From an uncultured Poribacteria bacterium (GTDB lineage: Bacteria > Poribacteria > WGA-4E > WGA-3G), in assembly GCA_951813565.1 (NCBI GenBank), contig OX638351.1, forward strand, positions 1,184,001 through 1,248,000: a stretch of DNA of 64,000 nt, read 5' to 3'. Each line of letters begins with the position of its first letter. The stretch's first letter is position 1. Both the position numbers and the translations under genes were made by a program. Under the pieces are notes generated by a model that did not search any database, was not told where the DNA came from, and was given only the letters and a program-made list of their open reading frames with translations. Of the stretch, positions 21,145 through 31,858 are shown one piece after another.

Positions 21145-22317
21145 TCAAGAGGCGTCAATTGGTGATATTTTGACCCAACCGAGTGGTGTGACAGGGTTAT
21201 CTCTACGGTATAAAATGCGGCGGGTTTTTGGGAATTCACGAGTATCATAGGGTTGTCGTTGATTAGAACGACTCCTACCTAACCGATACCGTTCTCGTAA
21301 CTCCATCACGTCTATAGGTGCATCTTCTCCTTGCGTAAACGATGCGGTAACAGTGTTAGAAAGGTATCCTGCGCCCCACCCGATTTGCAGCATAAACGCA
21401 TCGTCAGCCAGTCTATTGTTTAAACCCATCAGTTGTTCATATAGGTTAGCGATTTCTGGATTATTGTAGTCATCATAGAACTTTCGTTCCACTTCCATAA
21501 GTATTTGCGTCTCCTCGTTACAAACTTCAGCAATTTCTTGGAGTATATTTTTTTGTGTCTTATCAAAATTGAGTTGTTTTTTCTCCCTTTCTCTAAAAAG
21601 CAGGTCATCAATCTTGATGGAAAAACTCAAAGACTTCACACCCTGAATTACCTCTACAAAGTTTTTATATTCTGTGTTGTCCTCAACCTTCTGTTCAAGT
21701 TGATTGTTTTGATTGAGTGTAACCGTCCATGCAGTCTCGATTGCAAGTGCGTCCCACTCAAGCGGTTCAGTATCGCTTACTTGTAATGCGCGAAGCAGAT
21801 CATGGGTAGGGTCTTTCCCAAACGCCAGTTTTTCTATCTGTTGGGCAGGATTTTCTTGTCTACGTCTCGGTGGCGTGCCTTTTTCAATTTCTCTGTTCAG
21901 ATGTTCCGAACTGTCGTTATAGAGTTTTTCATTTTCAGCATTGTTTATTAGATCCGATAACAACGCAGTGCGGAGTGCACCTTTGATACTGCTACCGGGA
22001 ATATAGGGACGGTTGCCTACGGATTTGATAGCTTCTCGTATGTCAGTTGTTTCTGGGCTTTGGGCGCAAAGGATATTATAAGTGGAAAGGTCCGCTGCAT
22101 CCATGTTGTGCCGTGAGAAGTAATCGCTCCAACGGAAATCGCGCTGCGACATTTCGGAGGTCAATGCGTTTATATCAGTGCTTGGATGCGCTAATACTTT
22201 GTCCAGGTCAATATGATACCACCTGCTGTTAGCATAATAGCCATCAATATGATTCAACGTTTCGCCTGTGCCGATGTGGACTGGGGTGAGTGTTTCAAGT
22301 TTGTATTTTTGTTTCAT
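21145..22317 (-). CDS. csm5: Type III-A RAMP Csm5
   Basis: TLTPVHIGTG, PYIPGSSIKGALRTA, LQIGWGAG and PLGWVK motifs. Confidence 0.93.
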   Translation of the reverse strand: MKQKYKLETLTPVHIGTGETLNHIDGYYANSRWYHIDLDKVLAHPSTDINALTSEMSQRDFRWSDYFSRHNMDAADLSTYNILCAQSPETTDIREAIKSVGNRPYIPGSSIKGALRTALLSDLINNAENEKLYNDSSEHLNREIEKGTPPRRRQENPAQQIEKLAFGKDPTHDLLRALQVSDTEPLEWDALAIETAWTVTLNQNNQLEQKVEDNTEYKNFVEVIQGVKSLSFSIKIDDLLFREREKKQLNFDKTQKNILQEIAEVCNEETQILMEVERKFYDDYNNPEIANLYEQLMGLNNRLADDAFMLQIGWGAGYLSNTVTASFTQGEDAPIDVMELRERYRLGRSRSNQRQPYDTREFPKTRRILYRRDNPVTPLGWVKISPIDAS

Positions 22318-22337
22318 TATTGAGGTTTTCTCCTACA

Positions 22338-23393
22338 TTATCGGGAATCGGAGTTCCCTCCTACTTTGATGCCGACCTGCCACGCGTAGCCATAGCGATA
22401 GACGTGATGCGGGTATTCCTTCGGTGTTAAATCTACCAACCTGCCAACGAGTTTGTCAGATGAATTTAAAACTGAACCTTCTGCGAACATATTGACCTTT
22501 TTCCTCTTTTTGTGTGTGCCAGTTGCCCCCACCCATCCTGTTAATGGGTTTAGGTTGTAGGCGATATCACCTTTGAGGAGATGCTCAAGTTGCTCCGATG
22601 ATTTGGGGCATATCGGTGAAAGTGTGACAAATTGCGTGCTGTGTTCCGCTGTCGATATTTCAAGATCATGCGCTGGGCAAAACTCAAACTGCCCGTAACC
22701 TGCGTTGCGTTCACCACCGATTCCGTTGTCGCCAAGCACTCGGAGTAGCGTTTCTACTTTCTGTTTTGTTGCATCAGAGTCAAATTTCGCTGCGAACCAG
22801 AGTCCGCAGTTTGTATTGAATTGGACGGTTTGGACGTGCCATATTTCGGAGCCTGAATTTTGCGCACCGATGGTAACGCGCGGGCGTGTGGTAGTCTCCC
22901 AAATGATTGGCGTATTATCCATCACCTTATTTAGTTGATCTTTTTCATCAGCACTTATCCAAACATTTTCACCGTTGATCAGATTGTCTCTGTCAAAATC
23001 AGGCGATTGATCGGAGATAATGTTTTGAAAAATAGATTTGGAAATGAACCGGACCTTTTTGATTTTTTTCTTAGATTTGTCTGGGACATTTTCATTTCCA
23101 CGAAAAGTCAAAGGTTTCGGAAAGAGGTAGATGTTATCTGCATACGGAAACGCAGAGGTTAACATAAAAGGTAACGTCTCGCTATCTTCTTTGTATCGTT
23201 CAAGAGACTTTTTGAGACTGTCGGTGTCGTAAAAGGTTGACCACGTTTGGCAGATTGCAGAAAAGAGCGTATCTGCTGGGATGTAGGTCTCGGTTTTCTC
23301 TAAGCCGAGGCTGCCTGTTTGTGCTGCACCTGTGGCGCGCCCGAGGTGTAGTTGTGTTTTGAACCTTAAGCGATAGACGGTATAATCTTCCAT
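22338..23393 (-). CDS. csm4: Type III-A RAMP Csm4
   Basis: IPADTLFSA, LTSAFPY, GIGGERNAGYGQF, MFAEGS and HHVYRYG motifs. Confidence 0.93.
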   Translation of the reverse strand: MEDYTVYRLRFKTQLHLGRATGAAQTGSLGLEKTETYIPADTLFSAICQTWSTFYDTDSLKKSLERYKEDSETLPFMLTSAFPYADNIYLFPKPLTFRGNENVPDKSKKKIKKVRFISKSIFQNIISDQSPDFDRDNLINGENVWISADEKDQLNKVMDNTPIIWETTTRPRVTIGAQNSGSEIWHVQTVQFNTNCGLWFAAKFDSDATKQKVETLLRVLGDNGIGGERNAGYGQFEFCPAHDLEISTAEHSTQFVTLSPICPKSSEQLEHLLKGDIAYNLNPLTGWVGATGTHKKRKKVNMFAEGSVLNSSDKLVGRLVDLTPKEYPHHVYRYGYAWQVGIKVGGNSDSR

Positions 23394-23401
23394 AATCGCA
23401 C

Positions 23402-24232
23402 CTATTTCCCGTTAATTGCTTTCAAAATTGTAGTTTTATAGTCCAATTTGCGTAGGGTTGCAATATCGGTGTTTTCATCTCCGATAGGGGTAAGGGTAAC
23501 GTTTGGGTCTTCATAACATTCACGCGATTTGAAGGTCATGGTTAGGTTCTCAAATGCTATTTGCCCAGAACCGCGGGAACCGGAGCCGCCGAGGTAGTCA
23601 TCTTGAAGCAGTTCCATACCTTTTAGGACGGTGTCGAAAAGTTTGAGTTCGTCTTGAAGTTGATTGTCATGATCGCTGCCGTGCAGTGTATAGAGACTGT
23701 GGGCTACTTGAAATGGTCCGAATATTGCGCCTGCAGGGACCCGTTCCTGTTGACGTGGTGTAGCGGCAGAGGTAATTCGGTCAATTGCTACTTCTGTCTT
23801 AATTTCGGTGAAGTCGGTATCGGTGTCGACTCTGTCCAGTACCGCCAGTGATTCGTCGGTTAAAAAGGTGTCTCGGACGATCACACGTGTCGGCATTGTT
23901 TTCCCTCTTAATTGTTGTATTGGTGCAACACCGAAAACTTGACAAACTGGGCATATATTATATTCTGCTGGTGTTTTGCACTCGTGAACTTGGACATCTC
24001 TACCGACAGACTTATTCAAATCCTTCTCGAAGTGCCGGTCAAGTAAACCTCGCATCTTTCCACGTAAGGACGAACCGGGGATGTAGGGTTGTCGGTTGAA
24101 GGCGTTTCGTATGATTGGATTATCAATACCACCGATGTCTAATTCACCTGTGTTGCCACCGATGTGTAATCCTGTTAAGGCGTTGATTGCACCTTTTAGA
24201 AAAATTTTTCCGTGTAGTTGAATGCTTGGCAT
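23402..24232 (-). CDS. csm3: Type III-A backbone RNase Csm3 (Cas7)
   Basis: TGLHIGG, IGGIDNP (catalytic Asp position intact), PYIPGSSLRGKMR, KTEVAIDR and YLGGSGSRGSG; ATG 24232 with AAGGAGG RBS. Confidence 0.95.
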   Translation of the reverse strand: MPSIQLHGKIFLKGAINALTGLHIGGNTGELDIGGIDNPIIRNAFNRQPYIPGSSLRGKMRGLLDRHFEKDLNKSVGRDVQVHECKTPAEYNICPVCQVFGVAPIQQLRGKTMPTRVIVRDTFLTDESLAVLDRVDTDTDFTEIKTEVAIDRITSAATPRQQERVPAGAIFGPFQVAHSLYTLHGSDHDNQLQDELKLFDTVLKGMELLQDDYLGGSGSRGSGQIAFENLTMTFKSRECYEDPNVTLTPIGDENTDIATLRKLDYKTTILKAINGK

Positions 24233-24242
24233 GTGTTCCTCC

Positions 24243-27132
<2,890 letters not shown>

Positions 27133-27200
27133 TGGGTGTTGTCCTTGTGGTATCAGGTGTTTTTCAATGGGTTATCTTATCATAACTTCAGTCAATATGA

Positions 27201-27300
27201 TGCTCTATTCCAAATTGGTTCGATTAAAAATGTACAAGAAATACAAGTTCCTTTAAGAGGAACAACAAAAGTTTTTATTCCAAATTGGTTCGATTATAAA
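27201..27300 (-). CRISPR. Degenerate two-repeat mini-array with one 40-nt spacer (crRNA-like regulatory RNA)
   Basis: 27271-27300 matches the main repeat 25/30 and 27201-27230 matches 24/30; spacer 27231-27270; guide 5'-UUUUGUUGUUCCUCUUAAAGGAACUUGUAUUUCUUGUACA. Confidence 0.85.
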
Positions 27301-27360
27301 GTGTACATCCAACATTATACATTTTGTACACTATTAAGTTTGGAATGTCAAGTTAAAAGT
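27301..27360 (-). promoter_or_regulatory. Leader-like promoter region of the mini-array (possibly also of cas10)
   Basis: TGTCAAGTTAAAA (27346-27358, minus-strand TTGACA) identical to main leader 17357-17369 and at nearly the same distance from the repeat; AACATTATA also shared. Confidence 0.65.
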
Positions 27361-27386
27361 CAGGAAATTCGGAAATATAAAGGTAG

Positions 27387-27408
27387 GGCGAGGCAAAGGT
27401 GCCTCGCC
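27387..27408 (-). terminator. GC-rich hairpin (terminator or REP-like) after the 59-aa ORF
   Basis: GGCGAGGCA-AAGG-TGCCTCGCC perfect 9-bp stem, 11 nt past the stop codon. Confidence 0.55.
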
Positions 27409-27419
27409 AATTCAGTGGG

Positions 27420-27599
27420 TTAATTGTTTGGAAAACTTTTGATGTTTTTCTTACAGTTCTTTGTAATTCTTTTTATCTCATTTTTCTCATTGTACTTGCT
27501 GGTGTCTTTCGACTCATCTCGAAAAAACGAGAAGAAAAATCCGAAATGGATTTTTACCTTCCTGTTCGGTTGTAAGCGAAATTCTGAATAGAATTTCAT
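27420..27599 (-). CDS. Unannotated 59-aa basic small protein; candidate CRISPR-repressed toxin or regulator
   Basis: MKFYSEFRLQPNRKVKIHFGFFFSFFRDESKDTSKYNEKNEIKRITKNCKKNIKSFPNN; strong SD AAGAAAGGAGG; absent from the ORF track, whose shortest entries are 60 aa. Confidence 0.55.
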   Translation of the reverse strand: MKFYSEFRLQPNRKVKIHFGFFFSFFRDESKDTSKYNEKNEIKRITKNCKKNIKSFPNN

Positions 27600-27721
27600 G
27601 ATATCTGCCTCCTTTCTTCATAAAATTTAACATTTATCTCCTTTCTTGTTTGACATGAGTCCACAGTAGAATACTTTCCTTAAACTTGTGAAACATCTTG
27701 TCGTGATTTATTCTAATGATA

Positions 27722-27738
27722 TGCAAAATCTATGCCAA
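27722..27738 (-). promoter_or_regulatory. Sigma54 (-24/-12) promoter upstream of the small ORF(s)
   Basis: Minus strand TTGGCATAGATTTTGCA fits YTGGCACGRNNNTTGCW with exact spacing. Confidence 0.6.
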
Positions 27739-27855
27739 TAATTTCGGTAGAAATTATATGGTTATCTCCTTTTTGCTGTGCCAAATTGACATTTTTATCG
27801 CAACTTCATAAAACAACAAGGTCAATTCGGCACATTTGGAGCGTTTAACGTTATA

Positions 27856-30189
27856 CTATAAAACGTTCGGATTATATTCGTCTAATATCAGACCAAGTGT
27901 ATTATCGTAGCGAACGTTGATGAAATACTGATTTATACGTTCATTTTCGTTGATTTGCCCATCCTTATATAGTTTTGCAAATTGGCTGTAACTAATTTGT
28001 GCGATGTATGCCCTCGCTTCATAATACTTGCGAGCATCTGTGTCGGATAAAAATTCTTGTTCGTAGCACGTTGGCACAACCTCAACGCTTTTAAAGAGTT
28101 CGTTAAACTCTTTACGTCCTTTAGCATCTTCAATGAACGGGACGATGTCTTGTAGGTGCCGTTCAAACAGTTGTTTTGCTCTATTAAACTTATCATTTTC
28201 TTTTTCATCATACCCTTCACAATAAACATTTTCTATAAGGACTTGGATTTTTGACTCCTTGAGTGTGTCATTAACTACAGATGCGAAAGCGTTTATAGTG
28301 CGTTCAACTTTCTCTGTGGAATAGATGTATTTATCGCTTTTCCCACCCTCTTTGCATATATGGACATCACAGATTCCTTTCTTGCCTTTTCTGTTGATAC
28401 GACCAAAACGTTGGATGAGTGCATCTATCGGTGCAGGTTCAGTAAAGAGACAATCAAAATCAATGTCAAGTGATACCTCAACGGCTTGTGTGCCGACAAG
28501 GAGATCGGCGTTTTCAAGTTCTCCTTCTATCCTTTCCCGATCTTTAAGGATAAATCGGCTGTGAAGGAGTTTGGCATTATCGGCTCCATGCTGCAATTCC
28601 TGAAACACATCTTGTGCCTGCTTGACAGTATTACAGACAACCATAACGCTATCTCCTTGGTTCAGTTTATCCTTTATTTTCGGAATAGCATCGGGGATAT
28701 TTCCATCAAGCAGCTTGACACGGTGCCGTGTGAATTTGTCCCTATCTTCTGGTGCCATGTCAACTGGTATGAATTCCCCGATTGCCTTGATAATCATATC
28801 TGTAAGAAACTGGGGCATTGTAGCAGTCATAATGCAGAACTTTGCATTGTAATCTTCACGGAGTTTCTTTATCATTGTCAAAATAAGCGCGGTTGTGTGC
28901 GGATCATAAGCATGGATTTCGTCAAAGATGAAAAGTCCATGAGACATCTCTGCCATCTGCATTTCAAAACCGCGTATACCGAAAAATGCTTTGAGGAGTT
29001 GAAAGGGCGTTAGCACCTTGTAAGGACGACAAATTTTTTTCGTTAGATCTCTTTCGTCTTGAGCACGTTTTTGCCTAACTAATTTTTCGGCAGATTCATG
29101 ATCACGCCCCTGATCAATGAAAGCTTGATATATGGCTTGATATTTGGCAGCATTTTGAGGTGTATAGTCTTTATCAACGAGTGCTTGATACATGAAGTAG
29201 GTAGCCTTTCCATGCAACACACCTATTTTTTCGTCTGATACGAGTTTTTTCAATCTCTTATACATTGCGTTGATGCTTGCAGTATAGGGTAACACATAAA
29301 AGACACGGTTACCTTTTGTTTTGCATTGGTTTTTGTCTGACCAAAGCAGCGCAGCTTCCGTTTTACCTGAACCTGTCGGTGCTGATAGCATGAGCTGACC
29401 GTCGGTTTTCCCAGCATCCTCTTGAAAGGACTCCCATCCGTGAAATTGTCGTCCTCTTTGCTCAATGCTTTGTACAAGGGACGCTTCAAGTTTATCAAGG
29501 GCGGTTTGGATTTCGTTTTTGGCATTGACATTAGAAGCAAGATGATCGCAGGCAATCATGCATCCGCGCATCAGCATGCCGTAGGTGCAGTGTAAGGAGT
29601 TTAATTCACCGTCTTCAAAGTCGTTCAAATATGGGGCAAGAAATTCTCGGTAACCACTAATGAGTAGATCGGTTGAGGTAACGGGTGTCCATAAGCACGT
29701 TGTTGTAGGAAACCAACTATGAAACCAATGAGGGATCTGCTCCTGTATTTCCATCAAAGCATCCCAATTCGGTTCCAGTTCTGCAACATGCTTTTGCCAC
29801 TCTTGATAACCTTCTTCGTTTTCTGGAATGCATGGATACTTTTCCCACAGCGTCTCACTATCCTTATGGTGTGTTAAAATGGCAAGTGCAATTGCCTGTT
29901 TTGCCTCATCTGATATTTGAAGTGTTACCACAAATCCAGTGGAAAGGATTTCATGACGATAGTTCCACCGATCATCTCTATCGGTAAGTTGCTTTTGGAA
30001 ACCGGTTGCTGCTTTGCCGAAATCGTGAAGTGCGACAGCGTAAAAAAGATGTTCAAAGAAATTAGGTTCTCCTGCAACATCAGCTAAAAAAGGCATCCGT
30101 TCTCGTAGACTATTGTATACTTCAAGACAATTCTGTGTATGATCATGAAGTGATTCTTGTGGATCGCTTTTTGCTAATAGTGTGGACAT
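27856..30189 (-). CDS. cas3: Cas3 HD nuclease-helicase
   Basis: ALHDFGK, APTGSGKT, DEIH, MTAT, TQAVEVSLDID and QRFGRINR motifs. Confidence 0.96.
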   Translation of the reverse strand: MSTLLAKSDPQESLHDHTQNCLEVYNSLRERMPFLADVAGEPNFFEHLFYAVALHDFGKAATGFQKQLTDRDDRWNYRHEILSTGFVVTLQISDEAKQAIALAILTHHKDSETLWEKYPCIPENEEGYQEWQKHVAELEPNWDALMEIQEQIPHWFHSWFPTTTCLWTPVTSTDLLISGYREFLAPYLNDFEDGELNSLHCTYGMLMRGCMIACDHLASNVNAKNEIQTALDKLEASLVQSIEQRGRQFHGWESFQEDAGKTDGQLMLSAPTGSGKTEAALLWSDKNQCKTKGNRVFYVLPYTASINAMYKRLKKLVSDEKIGVLHGKATYFMYQALVDKDYTPQNAAKYQAIYQAFIDQGRDHESAEKLVRQKRAQDERDLTKKICRPYKVLTPFQLLKAFFGIRGFEMQMAEMSHGLFIFDEIHAYDPHTTALILTMIKKLREDYNAKFCIMTATMPQFLTDMIIKAIGEFIPVDMAPEDRDKFTRHRVKLLDGNIPDAIPKIKDKLNQGDSVMVVCNTVKQAQDVFQELQHGADNAKLLHSRFILKDRERIEGELENADLLVGTQAVEVSLDIDFDCLFTEPAPIDALIQRFGRINRKGKKGICDVHICKEGGKSDKYIYSTEKVERTINAFASVVNDTLKESKIQVLIENVYCEGYDEKENDKFNRAKQLFERHLQDIVPFIEDAKGRKEFNELFKSVEVVPTCYEQEFLSDTDARKYYEARAYIAQISYSQFAKLYKDGQINENERINQYFINVRYDNTLGLILDEYNPNVL

Positions 30190-30192
30190 GTC

Positions 30193-30828
30193 TTATTCTC
30201 CATGAATGCGTTGGTGCAAATAGACACCCCATTCCTTATCGGTATCGTGTAATACATCACCCTCATATTTTATTTCCTCTGTGATAAGACAATATGCACG
30301 TGTACCACACTGCCGACGCGGAATATCTGCTGTGAAATGCGTTGGTAATGCCTGCACCTGTCCGTGAAGTTGTTGGTCAGGAAACGGGAGTATTGTATCG
30401 CAATAAGTCGTTTCCGTTTTACGTTCTAATTCAACTTCCTCTATAGATTTCACCGTTGCTAAATCTGAGGAACGCCCCAACAGCAAGGGGTAATGTGGTC
30501 GTTCTAATGCATCCTTTAACCACATATCCGGGGTATAAAGATAGAGTTCTGGTTGCACAAGGAATTCGCGTCTGTTGACGTTTGATTTTGCATCTAACTT
30601 GCCTCCAAATTCATAGACGGTTTCTAAATCAACTGCTCTGCCTTTACTCTTAAAAACAAACCCTATTGCTGCATCATGCGGTGTAACCCAGTCACCTTTT
30701 GCAGCAGTCAAAAGCCCATAAAGTGCCGAAAGTGGTGGTAAGGGTAGTGTCGGCTGGAATCCGCTAATAAATAACGGATTCCGAAATGATGAAACCCATC
30801 CCGTAATGTGAACGCGTAGAACCTTCAT
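30193..30828 (-). CDS. cas5: Type I-B Cas5
   Basis: SSFRNP...TLPLPPLSALYGLL, LLLGRSSDLA. Confidence 0.92.
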   Translation of the reverse strand: MKVLRVHITGWVSSFRNPLFISGFQPTLPLPPLSALYGLLTAAKGDWVTPHDAAIGFVFKSKGRAVDLETVYEFGGKLDAKSNVNRREFLVQPELYLYTPDMWLKDALERPHYPLLLGRSSDLATVKSIEEVELERKTETTYCDTILPFPDQQLHGQVQALPTHFTADIPRRQCGTRAYCLITEEIKYEGDVLHDTDKEWGVYLHQRIHGE

Positions 30829-31856
30829 GGAATGTCTCCGATATGTGTTTCTAATTTTTGTGATAACATGGATATTACCTTATTTGGCGAATCGTAAACG
30901 ATTTCACATGGTAGGTTTGTGTTGTTTGCCAAACTCATTAGATCCTCATCTATTCCATCCATGAACCCGCTCCGTCTACCGATATAAATCGCATCACAAA
31001 ATCGGTCTGCGTAGTCGTCAATAACTTGGTTTAGTGCGTCTAAAGATAACTCTCCGACTTCATTTCGTTCTACCATTAAATTCATGAATGGGTGGTTTCC
31101 ACCGTCAAGGACTGTGAGAATAATCAGTTTAGGTGTAACATCGGTGAGGTGTGATGTCAATTTTGCCCCACCACTGAGTATAGGAAGTGCTTCAAGAGTT
31201 TGTTGACAACGTCTCACCCGAATCTCTTTTGGAAGCACCCACGGTGCCTTTTCGTCTTCCTGAGTGCCACCCGCATTTTGGATAGTCTCAACATAACTTG
31301 ATGAGATATTCTTATAGCCAGTCCTGTTAACATCAGAAAACGCACCCACTGCACTGAGATCTAATGAGAAAATACCTTGTAGGACACACGAATAAAATTG
31401 GTGTTCATACGGCACTGGATCACCTTCTTGCCGTGCCATCACACCGAAATCGTTTGTTGGAATTTGTGGTTCGATAGCAATAAGCGGTGAACACTTCAGT
31501 GGAGACAAGCGGGTTACCGTCAAGTTTACTCTTTTCTTACCTTGCATTTCGCTTTGAGCACGCATATAACCAAAGACATCGTCATCGTCATAAGTTACAG
31601 GGTCTGCAGCGGTAAATGCAATTTTTTTCTCTCTTTCTATAGGCGAATTTTTCCATTCATCAAATTCGTGTTTAAGGGTGGTGCGCCACCAGTTTCGCCA
31701 TGCTTGTCCGGAAACATAAGGATAGGTACTCCGTCCTTTTCTTAACGTTTTGACCTTTACTATGTTTTCTGTTCTTTCAGATGTGTCCTCACCTGCGTTG
31801 TTAAGTGCGGAATATGGTGCATCAATTAGGGTGAGTCCGATAAGGTGTTTAGACAT
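30825..31856 (-). CDS. cas7: Type I-B Cas7 (Cst2/DevR)
   Basis: SALNNAG, YPYVSGQAWR, DDDVFGYM and TRLSPL motifs. Confidence 0.92.
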   Translation of the reverse strand: MSKHLIGLTLIDAPYSALNNAGEDTSERTENIVKVKTLRKGRSTYPYVSGQAWRNWWRTTLKHEFDEWKNSPIEREKKIAFTAADPVTYDDDDVFGYMRAQSEMQGKKRVNLTVTRLSPLKCSPLIAIEPQIPTNDFGVMARQEGDPVPYEHQFYSCVLQGIFSLDLSAVGAFSDVNRTGYKNISSSYVETIQNAGGTQEDEKAPWVLPKEIRVRRCQQTLEALPILSGGAKLTSHLTDVTPKLIILTVLDGGNHPFMNLMVERNEVGELSLDALNQVIDDYADRFCDAIYIGRRSGFMDGIDEDLMSLANNTNLPCEIVYDSPNKVISMLSQKLETHIGDIP

Positions 31857-31858
31857 GA

